From: an uncultured Candidatus Binatia bacterium
GTDB lineage: Bacteria > Desulfobacterota > Binatia > UBA9968 > JAJDTQ01
Length of the DNA stretch: 64,000 nt
Reading direction: 5' to 3'
Assembly (NCBI GenBank): GCA_964291295.2
Contig: OZ219754.1
Span: forward strand, 768,001 to 832,000
A program made the translations under genes and the position numbers. Positions 20,062 to 29,740 of the stretch are shown one piece after another. Numbering within the stretch: position 1 is the stretch's first letter; each line of letters begins with the position of its first letter. Under the pieces are notes generated by a model. The model was not told where the DNA came from. It worked only from the letters and a program-made list of their open reading frames with translations, and did not search any database.

Positions 20062-20508
20062 GCGCACCTCCCTCAATCGCCTGTCGCTTGGTGGCGATTC
20101 CCTGAACGTGTATCACTGTCCGCAGCCATTGCACATGCATGGGCGCGTCGCACGCGGAGGGGCGATCATGGCTGACGAACCCGGAAGCGACTTCACCCGG
20201 GCGCCGGGGCTCCGGATACACCACCCCGAACGGGGCGACCCGGCGGCGCCGGGCCTCCCGCCGGTTCACGGCCAGGCCACGGACAGCGTCGGCCGGGCCG
20301 GCGGCGCCGAGCACTTCGCCGGCCGTTACTTCGTCAGCCGTTGCCACGCGGCGGCGCCGCGGCCCGGTGCCGTCCTCGCCCGGGAACTCGGCCGTGTCCG
20401 GCGCATGGCCTTGCCTCGGGGGCCGGTTCGAGTTCCGGGAAGGCGCCGGACACTCCCGCCCCGGGGCCTGCAACCAACGGTCGTATCCATGGCCGGCGGG
20501 GAACCGAA

Positions 20509-22476
20509 CTGACCGCGCCCGCCGATCCAGCACCGGAGCGCATCTGGTCGCACCCGACCCTGCTCATGGCCGGGTTCGGCGGCCTGCTGGCATCTCTCGA
20601 CACCTCGGTCAACATCGCGTTCCCGGCCATCACCCGGGCGTTCGGCATCAACCTGATGTCCATTCAGTGGGTCGTGATCAGCTACGTGCTGACTTACGCC
20701 AGCCTGCTGCTGGGCTGCGGCCGGCTGGCAGACCTCTTCGGCCACTGGCGCATCCTCCATATCGGGCTTCTGACCAGCGCCGCCGCATTCCTGGTCTGCG
20801 GTTTCGCCCGGACCTTCGCCGGGCTGCTCATGGGGCGCATGCTCCAGGGGCTGGGAGTGGCACTGATATTCGGCTCGGCCCCCGCCCTGGTGACCTTGGC
20901 CGTCAACCCGGCCGAGCGCGGGCGGGCGCTGGGATTCTACCAGATGAACGTGGCGACGGGGTTCGCCCTGGGACCGCTGCTGGGCGGTGTGCTGGTGGAC
21001 GTCTTCGGCTGGCGCGGGGTCTATCTCTACCGGGTGCTGCCGGCACTGCTCATGGCCTGGTTCACCTCCGTCCGTGTCCGGCCCGGGCAACGGCCGGCCT
21101 CCGGCGAGCGGTTCGACCTTGTGGGCGCCGTCACCCTGACCCTGGGCGCCGGCGCACTGCTGCTGGCCCTGAGCCGGAGCCGCGACCTGGGCTGGACCGA
21201 ACCGGAGGTGCTGGTGCTGGCACTGGCGGGGGCAAGCAGCCTGGTGGTCTTCCTCGTGACCGAGAAACGGGTGGCGGCACCGGTCATCAACCTCGACCTG
21301 TTCCGCCGGCCGGCCTTCACCCTCGCCAACCTGCTCACGCTGGCGGCCAACGCCACCCGCTTCCCCATCGGCCTTCTGGTCCCCTACTATGCCGTGAACA
21401 TCCTGGGCTACCGACCCGGCCTGGGCGGACTGCTGCTGTTCCCGGCCGCGGTGATGACCACCTGCGCCGCCGCATTCGCCGGACGGCTGTCCGACCGCAT
21501 GGGCACCGGCAATCTGAGTTCGGTGGGGCTCGGCGTCCAGTCCGCCGGCCTGTGGCTGACCAGCGGACTGGACGCCGGCTCCGACTACTCGGCCGCGGCC
21601 TTGGCCCTGGGCATGGTGGGGCTGGGACTGGGCACGTTCCAGGTGCCCAACATGAGCTTCATCATGGGCGCCGTCCCGCGTGAACACCAGGGGGTGGCCG
21701 GCAGCATCCACCAGATGATGCGCACCTTCGGCATCGTTTTCGGCGTCACCGGAGCGAGCCTGCTGTTCGAACGTTGGCGCGTCTCCCACGCGGACCTCGG
21801 AGAGGCCGGCGCCTTCGTGGCCGCCTTTCAGCTTGTCTTCCTGACCGTCGCGCTGCTGTGCGCGCTGGCCGCGGTGGTGTCGCTTTTTCGCAGCGGGGCA
21901 ATGCGGCAGGGGGCGAGGGAAGCGGGGGAGGCGGCTTCGCAGGGGGCGGGAGTCTCCGACGGACCTGCCCGCGGCCTGTCAACCCGGCTGGCGGGAAAGG
22001 TTGGCGGGAGAGGCGCCGGAGATGTATCCTGCGGCAGGCGCGCCAACGAGGTGCACGACGAAGTATACCAAGAGGTGCGGGGAGCGGGTCCCGAACCCGC
22101 CCGTGCCCGAACACCCTGGAGGTCGCAGTCAATGAGCATCGAACGAATCAGCCCGCAGGTCTGGAACAGCCGTGCCGTGGTGCACGGCGACCTGGTATTC
22201 CTGTCCGGTGTGGTGGCCGACGACAAGTCGCTGTCCATGAAAGGCCAGACGGAACAGGTGCTGGCCAAGATCGACGAGGTTCTCGCCGCCGCCGGCACCG
22301 ACAAATCCCGCATCCTCACCGCCACCGTGCATCTCGCCGACATCGACGCCAAGGACGAGATGAACGAGGCGTGGATGGCCTGGGTTGACAGGGACAACCT
22401 GCCGGCCCGCGCCGCGGTCGGCGCCGCGCTGACGCCGGGCACCCAGGTGGAGATCATGGTCTGCGCGGCCAGGTGA
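20509..22476 (+). CDS. MFS transporter (DHA2/EmrB-like, ~20509-21890); the frame continues without a stop into the RidA gene
   Basis: LASLDTSVNIA, QWVVISYVL, GRLADLFG, GRMLQGLG, GPLLGG; ~14 TM; start uncertain. Confidence 0.8.
   Translation: MTAPADPAPERIWSHPTLLMAGFGGLLASLDTSVNIAFPAITRAFGINLMSIQWVVISYVLTYASLLLGCGRLADLFGHWRILHIGLLTSAAAFLVCGFARTFAGLLMGRMLQGLGVALIFGSAPALVTLAVNPAERGRALGFYQMNVATGFALGPLLGGVLVDVFGWRGVYLYRVLPALLMAWFTSVRVRPGQRPASGERFDLVGAVTLTLGAGALLLALSRSRDLGWTEPEVLVLALAGASSLVVFLVTEKRVAAPVINLDLFRRPAFTLANLLTLAANATRFPIGLLVPYYAVNILGYRPGLGGLLLFPAAVMTTCAAAFAGRLSDRMGTGNLSSVGLGVQSAGLWLTSGLDAGSDYSAAALALGMVGLGLGTFQVPNMSFIMGAVPREHQGVAGSIHQMMRTFGIVFGVTGASLLFERWRVSHADLGEAGAFVAAFQLVFLTVALLCALAAVVSLFRSGAMRQGAREAGEAASQGAGVSDGPARGLSTRLAGKVGGRGAGDVSCGRRANEVHDEVYQEVRGAGPEPARARTPWRSQSMSIERISPQVWNSRAVVHGDLVFLSGVVADDKSLSMKGQTEQVLAKIDEVLAAAGTDKSRILTATVHLADIDAKDEMNEAWMAWVDRDNLPARAAVGAALTPGTQVEIMVCAAR
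22132..22476 (+). CDS. RidA/YjgF/Rid2 family protein
   Basis: SRAVVHGDLVFLSG, QTEQVL..ID, MNEAW.AW, PARA, VEIMV; own GGAGG RBS. Confidence 0.88.
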   Translation: MSIERISPQVWNSRAVVHGDLVFLSGVVADDKSLSMKGQTEQVLAKIDEVLAAAGTDKSRILTATVHLADIDAKDEMNEAWMAWVDRDNLPARAAVGAALTPGTQVEIMVCAAR

Positions 22477-22576
22477 CGCCGCCGTCCCCGCTCCCGGTCA
22501 CGCTCTTCGACGGACCGAACTCGAACGCCGGCGCGGGGACACGGACTTCAAACCGACTTCAAGCCGGGTCCACGTG

Positions 22577-23266
22577 TCAGGGCAGGGCAAGGGACGGTTC
22601 GCCGGGAGCAATGCACTCGGGCGAGTCGTTGACGGGAGAATTGACGACCCGCGAGACCCGGTACCCCTCCATCCGCTGGGTGGGAAAGGGCTTGAGGAGC
22701 GGGGACAAGGTCGCGGGGTCGGCGCTGGCGGGATCGAGCCACCTGGCTTCATCTTCGGGGCGCAGGATGACGGGCATCCGGTTGTGGACCGGCTCCAGCA
22801 GGCTGTTGGGGCTCGTGGTGACGATGGTGAAGGAATAGAGCGGGGTACCGTCGGGCTGAAGCCAGCGGTCCCACAGACCGGCGAAGGCAAACGGCCCGCC
22901 GCCGCGCAGGGTGAAGCGCATGGGGCTTCGGAGACGACCTTCACGACGCCATTCATAGAAACCGTCGGCCGGCACCAGACAGCGGCGTTTCGACAGGAGG
23001 CCCCGGAAGGCCGGCCGCCGGGCGAGGGTCTCGGCGCGCGCATTGATGATGGGCCTGGCACGGTCCCCGGCGTGATGGGGCACGAGCCCCCAGTGCATCA
23101 GACGCAGGGTGCGGGCAGCCGGAGTCTTCGGGTTCACGCCCACCACCGGCGCATCCTGGCTCGGCGCCAGATTGTACCGGGGCGCCAGGGCGATGCCCGG
23201 CTCATCGATACCGAAGCGCTCCACGAGTTCCTGGAGTTCCGCCGTCTGCGTGTAGCGGCCGCACAT
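22577..23266 (-). CDS. yedK: SOS response-associated peptidase (SRAP/YedK/HMCES abasic-site protein)
   Basis: MCGRY N-terminus, RYNLAPSQ, WGLVP, INARAET, GFYEW, HNRMPVIL. Confidence 0.92.
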   Translation of the reverse strand: MCGRYTQTAELQELVERFGIDEPGIALAPRYNLAPSQDAPVVGVNPKTPAARTLRLMHWGLVPHHAGDRARPIINARAETLARRPAFRGLLSKRRCLVPADGFYEWRREGRLRSPMRFTLRGGGPFAFAGLWDRWLQPDGTPLYSFTIVTTSPNSLLEPVHNRMPVILRPEDEARWLDPASADPATLSPLLKPFPTQRMEGYRVSRVVNSPVNDSPECIAPGEPSLALP

Positions 23267-23353
23267 GGACGGAAGTCTACGCCGGGACCCCCGTGGCCAC
23301 AAGCGCCGGCACGAGCAGGCTTGCCAACCCGGGACAACGGCGCTAATAGGCAG

Positions 23354-23457
23354 GGAAGGGCTGAACAAGGCCATGGCGCGACAGGGAACTGCCCGCAGCC
23401 TGTTGATTTGATTCCATTGATTCAGCCCCGGCGAATTCGGGGTTGTTCGGACCTCCC
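23354..23457 (+). mobile_element. ~104-bp IS5-type MITE
   Basis: Terminal inverted repeats GGAAGGGCTGAACAA / TTGTTCGGACCTCCC; interior similar to the copies at 15.1 and 27.0 kb. Confidence 0.7.
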
Positions 23458-23484
23458 CCAAGTTCCGGCCAGGAGGATCCCAGA

Positions 23485-24651
23485 GTGATCATCGACTGCG
23501 ACACTCACATCATGCCCGGCGACGCCTTCAGCGAAATGCCCGAGGAGTTCCGGGCCATGGCGCCGATCCCGCGTTACGGCCAGGACGGACTGCTCGTGGA
23601 CATCGATTTTCCCGGCGGGCCGCCCGAAGTCCCCGGAGTCACGCCGCTGGGCCCGCCGGGGTCCGGCGCCAGCATGAAGGGGCTGGTGGACCTCCAGGTG
23701 CGGCTCGACGAGATGCCCGTGCTCGGCGTGGACCGGCAGTTCATCCTGCCGCAGTTCTCCGGCTGGTGGACCTACATGATCGAGCCGGCGCTGGCGTCGG
23801 CCATCGCCCGCTCGTACAACCTGTCCAACCTGCGCATCATGGAGCACCACGGCGACCGCATCATCGGTGTGGCCCTGGTGCAGCTCCAGGACGTGCCCGC
23901 GGCCATCCGCGAGATGGAATGGGCGCGGCGGGAGGGATTCCGCGCGGTGGTGCTGGACAAGGTCTTCCCGGTCCAGGACCACCCCTACGGCGAAAGCCTC
24001 GGCAGCCACAAGGAGTTGTGGCCCTTCTTCGCCCGGGCGGAGGAGATGGAGATGCCCATCTACCTTCACAACATCCAGCACGGCCACCGCATCAGCAACC
24101 TGCCCAACTTCCAGAAGGACGGCCTCTACCTGTTCGCGCCGCAGGAAGGGCAACTGAGCCTGGTGTCGCTGGTGACCAGCGGCCTGCTGGACGACTTTCC
24201 CGGCCTCCAGTTCATCTTCACCGAGGCCGGAACGGGCTTCATCAAGCCGCTGGTGGAGCGACTGGACGCCGCCTTCAACGGCCCGCCGGTGGACTACGAC
24301 GGGGACGCCGACGCCGATGTCATGCGCGGGGTCAAGACCCGGCTGCGCCGTCACCGGGCGTTCTACGGACCCGAGGTTTTTCTGGAAAAGAACAGGCAGC
24401 CGGCGAGCCACTACTTCCGCAACAACTTCTACTTCACCATCGAGACCGAGGAAGCCGCCCTGCCCGAGGCCATCGAGTTCCTCGGACCCGAGCGCTTCCT
24501 CTTCGCCACCGACTACCCCCACGACGACCCCGGCGGCAGCATGAAGTTCCGGGACGTCCAACTCCTGGCCATGAACCGGCACATCTCCGACGAAAACAAG
24601 GAACTCATCCGCCACGGCAACGCCGAGCGGTTGTTCAAGCTGGACGGGTAA
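23485..24651 (+). CDS. Amidohydrolase_2 family protein
   Basis: IIDCDTH, ARSYN, IYLH, FTEAG, FATDYPHDD, NAERLF; AGGAGG RBS. Confidence 0.88.
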   Translation: MIIDCDTHIMPGDAFSEMPEEFRAMAPIPRYGQDGLLVDIDFPGGPPEVPGVTPLGPPGSGASMKGLVDLQVRLDEMPVLGVDRQFILPQFSGWWTYMIEPALASAIARSYNLSNLRIMEHHGDRIIGVALVQLQDVPAAIREMEWARREGFRAVVLDKVFPVQDHPYGESLGSHKELWPFFARAEEMEMPIYLHNIQHGHRISNLPNFQKDGLYLFAPQEGQLSLVSLVTSGLLDDFPGLQFIFTEAGTGFIKPLVERLDAAFNGPPVDYDGDADADVMRGVKTRLRRHRAFYGPEVFLEKNRQPASHYFRNNFYFTIETEEAALPEAIEFLGPERFLFATDYPHDDPGGSMKFRDVQLLAMNRHISDENKELIRHGNAERLFKLDG

Positions 24652-24847
24652 GGCAGGCCGCGTCACGAAAGGGGACCGGCGCCGACGATCGCGAAGAGCT
24701 TGCGGGCTGACGGGCATATGAAACCGGCGAACACTGCTGGCCAACCGGAGCCTCGAGGCTTTTCTCGTCCGGGCACCCGTGTTAATTTTCAGCTGTGTGG
24801 AGGCAACCATGGTTGAGAAGAGAGCGTCACGAAAGGGCAGTTTGTAC

Positions 24848-25123
24848 ATGACGAAAAACCCGATGGATACCGCCTTTCTCTTTGCAACTCCCTCGCTGTG
24901 GTCGGGGATGGCCAGAGTGCTTGACATTTGCGGCCAGTTCGACAGCTACAACGCAAGCGAAGCAGCGGAAACGGCCGATGCCAAGGCGCTGTATGCCGAC
25001 TTCAGGATGATTGGCCAGGATCTGAAGCTGGCCATGGAGACCTCGTCCACCGGCGCCGATGCTCTGGTGGACCGCCGCCAACTTGCCTTCGCCTTCATGG
25101 ACCTGGCGAGCTCCGGCAAGTGA
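24848..25123 (+). CDS. Small hypothetical protein of the type found upstream of DUF2335 genes
   Basis: FLFATPSLWSGMARVLD...ADAKALYADFRMIGQDL; GTGA overlap with the DUF2335 gene. Confidence 0.6.
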   Translation: MTKNPMDTAFLFATPSLWSGMARVLDICGQFDSYNASEAAETADAKALYADFRMIGQDLKLAMETSSTGADALVDRRQLAFAFMDLASSGK

Positions 25124-25618
25124 CGCCGGACGACAAAAAGAGCACCCCGCCCGATATCAGACCCCAGCCTCCCGAGGCTGCCAACTTCACGATCACCGCA
25201 TCGCGGCAGACCACGGTCGAGTTCCGGGGTCCGCTTCCGCCGCCCGAGGTACTGCAAGCATACAACAAGGCGCTGCCCGACGGCGCCGAACGTATCGTGG
25301 CCATGGCGCGCCGAACGTATCGTGGCCATGGCGGAGAGGCAGTCTGCCCATCGACAGGAGTTGGAGAGAACCGTCATCAAGGGGAACGTTGCGGTTCGGA
25401 AGATGGGTGTTTTGGCATCCCTCTTGCTCACCATGAGTGCGCTGACCTTCGGCTCCTTCCTCATCTAAAACGACAAGGACGTCTCCGGATTGGCTGTGAT
25501 CATCGCCAGCCTCGCCAGCCTCGCCAGCCTCGCTGGCGTGTTCATCTATGGCAGACGTTCCCAGGAACGGGAAAGGACCGAGAAGGAGAAGCCGTTTCAG
25601 GATCAGGCGGCTGATTGA
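25120..25618 (+). pseudogene. DUF2335 membrane protein pseudogene
   Basis: FRGPLPPPEVL..Y....PDGAERI.AMAE.Q..HR motif; frameshifted by a 25-bp tandem duplication (25284-25333) and carrying an in-frame TAA at 25466. Confidence 0.75.
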
Positions 25619-25699
25619 CGCGAACCGTCACCGTACCAACCCGGACACCGGGGCCGCACGGCCACTTACAACCCATCGGATGTCCTCATCCGTGAACTC

Positions 25700-25930
25700 G
25701 CAGGTTCGCGGACCTGCTCCCGCGACACGTGCCCGTCGTCCATGTCCTGCCGGACGCGCTCGGAGGAACGTTCCCCGGGACCACCGCAGCCGCCGCCTGC
25801 GCTGCGGACGACGGTGAGTCCGGCGACGGCCCGCAGCGGGCGGGTCGCCAGCATGTCGACCTGGGCCGGATTCTCGCTGGTCTTGAGGATCCCTGCCGCC
25901 GCCACATCGAGGACGAGCAGGGGCGGCCAA
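25700..25930 (-). pseudogene. Degraded C-terminal fragment of a hydantoinase B/oxoprolinase-like gene
   Basis: VVRSAGGGCGGPGERSSERVRQDMDDGHVSRE resembles the hydantoinase B C-terminal motif GGGGyGdP.ER..e.V..Dv..G.VS. Confidence 0.45.
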
Positions 25931-25957
25931 GCCGGTGCGGGTCGCCGCCTCCGTCGG

Positions 25958-26962
25958 TCAGCGCGACAGGTCCACCACGACGCGGCCGCGCACGCCGCCC
26001 TTGAGGATGTTCTCGATGTGTCCGTCGAGGTCGGGCAGGGTGGCGTCGGTGGTGACGGCATCGAGGTCGGGCAGCTTCCACTTGCCGGCCATCTTTCGCC
26101 ACAGGGCGGCGCGGATGTCTGCCGGACAGTCGGGCGTGGCCACGCCGATGAGACGCACGTCCCGGAGAATGAACGGAAAGACGGTGGTGTCGAGTTCCGC
26201 CGAGGCGACATTGCCGCAACAGGTGACCACGCCGCCGTACCGGGAGGCCTTGAGGGCGGTGGCGAGGATGTTGCCACCCACCGTGTCCACGACCCCGGCC
26301 CACAGGCCCTTGAGCAGCGGGCGCCCTGACCGGTCGTCGGCGTCCTCGCGCGAGATCACGTCGGCCGCGCCCAGGCCCGTGAGGAAATCCCTTTCGGCCT
26401 TCTTGCCGGTGGACGCCACCACCCGATAACCCGCCTGGGACAGGATGGCCACGGCCAGGCAACCGACCCCACCGGTGGCGCCGGTCACCAGCACGTCGCC
26501 CGACTCGGGCGTGACCCCGGACTCCTGCAACCGCCACACCGACAGGGCCGCGGTGAAGCCGGCGGTGCCGTACACCATGCATTCCCTGAGACTCAGCCCG
26601 TCCGGGCGCCTTACCGCCCAAGCGGCCGGCACCCGCACGTATTCGGCAAAGCCGCCGTCGGTGTTGGCACCCAGGTCGAAGCCGGTGAGCACCACATCGT
26701 CACCCTTGGCGAAGTCGCCCACCCCGCTCTCCACCACCGTGCCCGCGGCGTCGATGCCGGGGGTGTGTGGATAGTTGCGGGTGACTCCCCGGTTGCCGGA
26801 CGCCGACAGCGCGTCCTTGTAGTTGAGGGACGAATAGGCCACCGAAACCAGCAGGTCGCCGTCCGGCAGTTCGTCCACCGACCTTTCCGTGATGGTTCGG
26901 GAAAAGGTCTTGTCCTCGTTTTCGCTGACGACCATGGCTCGGAAACGCGTCGGGTCCGACAT
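25958..26962 (-). CDS. YhdH/YhfP (AcuI-like) quinone/acryloyl-CoA oxidoreductase
   Basis: YSSLNYKDAL, PGIDAAG, GTAGFTAAL, VTGATGGVG, VFPFILR, GRVVV. Confidence 0.92.
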   Translation of the reverse strand: MSDPTRFRAMVVSENEDKTFSRTITERSVDELPDGDLLVSVAYSSLNYKDALSASGNRGVTRNYPHTPGIDAAGTVVESGVGDFAKGDDVVLTGFDLGANTDGGFAEYVRVPAAWAVRRPDGLSLRECMVYGTAGFTAALSVWRLQESGVTPESGDVLVTGATGGVGCLAVAILSQAGYRVVASTGKKAERDFLTGLGAADVISREDADDRSGRPLLKGLWAGVVDTVGGNILATALKASRYGGVVTCCGNVASAELDTTVFPFILRDVRLIGVATPDCPADIRAALWRKMAGKWKLPDLDAVTTDATLPDLDGHIENILKGGVRGRVVVDLSR

Positions 26963-27046
26963 GAGAGGCTCCCCGGCCCTGTATTCAACAGAGCGAGATC
27001 AACAGAGCGAGACAATCCAACCGATCTCCTGCGGCGCAGGCTCCCG

Positions 27047-27166
27047 GGAAAGTTCTGAACAGCCGGGCTGAACAGCCCCGCGTTGGCAGGGGCTGAATCA
27101 ATGGAATCAAGCTCGCGCGGTTCAAACTCGCGCCACGGTCGCGCCACGGCCTTGTTCAACCCTTCC
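27047..27166 (-). mobile_element. IS5-type MITE, reverse orientation
   Basis: Ends CCTTGTTCAACCCTTCC (reverse complement of the left end of the 23354 copy); contains GGGGCTGAATCAATGGAATCAA, the reverse complement of the 23354 interior. Confidence 0.65.
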
Positions 27167-27321
27167 CGGGTGGTGTGTCTTCGCAATGGCTTTACCGTGC
27201 CGGCGCTGGCCGCCAAGGCTGCGAAAACCCCTGCGAGAACCGCAATTCCAGGCACTTGCCGAGGGCCGCCCCGTCAAGGCCCACGGAAGCTGAACCGAAA
27301 AACCGTTACCGGGGCATGCCG

Positions 27322-29619
27322 TCAGCCGGTGCGCTTCCCCGCCTGCATCCGCTGCCATATCTTGGGCGGCGACAGCGGCAGGTCGCAGATGCGGACGCCC
27401 ACGGCATCCTCCACGGCCGCGGCAATGGCGGACGCGGCCGGCAGCACGCCGCCTTCACCCATGCCCTTGGCACCGAAGGGGCCGGGGCCGTTGCCGCTCT
27501 CCACCAGCTCGGAGATGAAGTGTTGCGGCAAATCGTGAAACGCCGGCACGCGGTAGTCGATCAGGTTCGGGTTCAGCAGCTGGCCGTCCTCGTACACCAT
27601 GTCTTCCAGCAGCGTGTGCCCGATGGCGAAGACCACGCCGCCCTCATCCTGGCCCTCGCACTGCAACGGGTTGATGGCACGTCCCACATCGGCCAGGGAC
27701 ACGTACCTGAGAATGCGGACCACCCCGGTCTCCGGGTCCACCTCCAGCTCGACGCCGCCCCAGCCCACCTCCCAGAAAGTGGTGGGGGAACCCAGCACCG
27801 CGGTCTTGCTCTTTTTGTCCTGGTACAAACCGCGGCCGACGATCTCGGTGGCGGAACTGCCGAAGTATCCGGCGATGACATCGCCGTACGGCACCCCGCG
27901 CCCCCTGGCACCGCGCACCCGGCCCGCCCTGAGCACGAGGTCGGCGGCCTTTTCGCCCATGACCTTGGCCGCGGCCTTGAGCAACTGTTTCTTCACGTCC
28001 CGGGCGGCCCGCTGGGTGGCGAGGCCCATGACCGTCATGGAGCTGCTGGCGCTGGTGGAGACGTCGAAGGGGGTGACGTCGGTATCCAGTTGGGCCACGG
28101 ACACCTGCTCGAGGGTGAGGCCCAGTTCTTCCGCCACCACCTGGCTCAGCGCGGTGCGGCATCCCTGCCCCACCTCCACGGTGCCGGCAAGCAGCACGGC
28201 GCTGCCGTCGGAAGACATCTTCACGGTGGCGCCGGCCACCTTGTAGGTGCCGCCGGCATCCTTCAGGCACACGCTCAGTCCCTTGCCCACATTGGGCGCG
28301 GAGGGCTTCTTCCAGTCCAGCGCCCGGGCCACCTTGCGCAGCCCCTGCTTCAGGTCGCAGTCCACCGGGGTATCGCCCGGGGTGTAGGCCTCGCCCTTCT
28401 CCAGCAGGTTCTTGAGTCGGAAGTCCAGCGGGTCCATGCCAAGCCGCCGGGCGATCATGTCCATCTGCGACTCGTAGGCCCAGGCCACCTGCACCGCGCC
28501 GAAGCCCCGGAACGCTCCCGCCGGCACCGTGTTGGTGTAGACGCCGTGGGCGTCGATCTTCACATTGGCGACGCGGTACGGACCCACCGCGCGGTAGCCG
28601 GCCTTCTGGGTCACACGGGGTCCGGCGTCCGCGTAGGCGCCGGTGTCCATGTAGATTTCCAGTTCCCGGGCGACCAGCGCGCCCTTCCTGCTGACGCCGG
28701 TCTTGATGCGGATGCGCGCCGGATGGCGCGTGACGGTCTTGAAGCTCTCGTTGGCGCTCATGGCCAGCTTGACCGGGCGGCGGTTCCGCACCGACAGCGC
28801 CGCCGCAATCGGATCGGCCTTGACGTAGAGCTTGCCGCCGTAGCCCCCGCCGACGTAGGGCACCACCACCCGCACGCGGTTCAGCGGCAGATGAAAGATC
28901 TCCGCCAGGTGACCGCGCAGCGTGAACGGATCCTGGCACGAACTCCACATCGTCAGGCGCTCGCCGTCGTGGAAGGCGACGCAGATGTGCGGCTCGAGCG
29001 AGTAGTGCTGCACCCTGGAGAAGCGAAAGACATCCTCGAAGACATGGTCGGACCTGGCGAAGCCGTCCTCCACATCACCCCGGGCATAACCGAAGTGGTA
29101 GCACACGTTGGTGCCCTTGAAGCGCGCCGGCGCGCCGTATTTCGAGCCCCGCAACTCGGCCTTGGCCACGTCGCCCTCGTGCACCTGCGGCGCCCCCGGC
29201 GCCAGGGCGTCGTCCACGTTGTCCACGAACGGCAACTCCTCGTACTCCACATCGATGAGCGCCAAGGCCTCCTCGGCCACCCGTTCGTCCGTGGACAGCG
29301 CCGCAGCCACCGGGTCGCCGACATAGCGGACCTTGTCCACCGCCACCACGGACTGATCCTTGTAGGTGGCGCCGTACCGGTAGTTGAGGCCGGCGAGCTC
29401 GTCCCGGGTCAGCACATCGATGACCCCGGGCAGCGCCCTCGCCCGGCTCGCGTCGACGCTGGCGATCCGGGCATGGGGCAACGGGCTTCTCAGGATCCTG
29501 GCATGCGCCATCCCCGGAAGCTCCAGGTCTCCGGTGTAGAACGCCTTGCCCGAAACCTTCTCCACCCCGTCGACGCGCAGCGCGTCGCGTCCGGCCACCG
29601 ACAGTCTCTGCTTTTTCAT
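27322..29619 (-). CDS. Xanthine dehydrogenase family molybdopterin-binding subunit
   Basis: RVDGVEKVSG, LRSPLPHARI, VGGGYGGK, AFRGFG, GQG, GAKGMGE. Confidence 0.92.
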   Translation of the reverse strand: MKKQRLSVAGRDALRVDGVEKVSGKAFYTGDLELPGMAHARILRSPLPHARIASVDASRARALPGVIDVLTRDELAGLNYRYGATYKDQSVVAVDKVRYVGDPVAAALSTDERVAEEALALIDVEYEELPFVDNVDDALAPGAPQVHEGDVAKAELRGSKYGAPARFKGTNVCYHFGYARGDVEDGFARSDHVFEDVFRFSRVQHYSLEPHICVAFHDGERLTMWSSCQDPFTLRGHLAEIFHLPLNRVRVVVPYVGGGYGGKLYVKADPIAAALSVRNRRPVKLAMSANESFKTVTRHPARIRIKTGVSRKGALVARELEIYMDTGAYADAGPRVTQKAGYRAVGPYRVANVKIDAHGVYTNTVPAGAFRGFGAVQVAWAYESQMDMIARRLGMDPLDFRLKNLLEKGEAYTPGDTPVDCDLKQGLRKVARALDWKKPSAPNVGKGLSVCLKDAGGTYKVAGATVKMSSDGSAVLLAGTVEVGQGCRTALSQVVAEELGLTLEQVSVAQLDTDVTPFDVSTSASSSMTVMGLATQRAARDVKKQLLKAAAKVMGEKAADLVLRAGRVRGARGRGVPYGDVIAGYFGSSATEIVGRGLYQDKKSKTAVLGSPTTFWEVGWGGVELEVDPETGVVRILRYVSLADVGRAINPLQCEGQDEGGVVFAIGHTLLEDMVYEDGQLLNPNLIDYRVPAFHDLPQHFISELVESGNGPGPFGAKGMGEGGVLPAASAIAAAVEDAVGVRICDLPLSPPKIWQRMQAGKRTG

Positions 29620-29740
29620 GGCGTCTCCGAAGCCGGCACCTGCAAGGCGGCCGCGGCGATGATGCGGCGGGCGGCGGGCCTTCGGGCGGCGGGCGGCAAC
29701 GGGATGATCCCGGCACTGGACGGCTGAAGTGCGGTGGCGG

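Noticed and set aside
20169-20512. ORF upstream of the MFS gene
   Set aside because: Low-complexity Arg/Pro/Gly translation with no recognisable motif.
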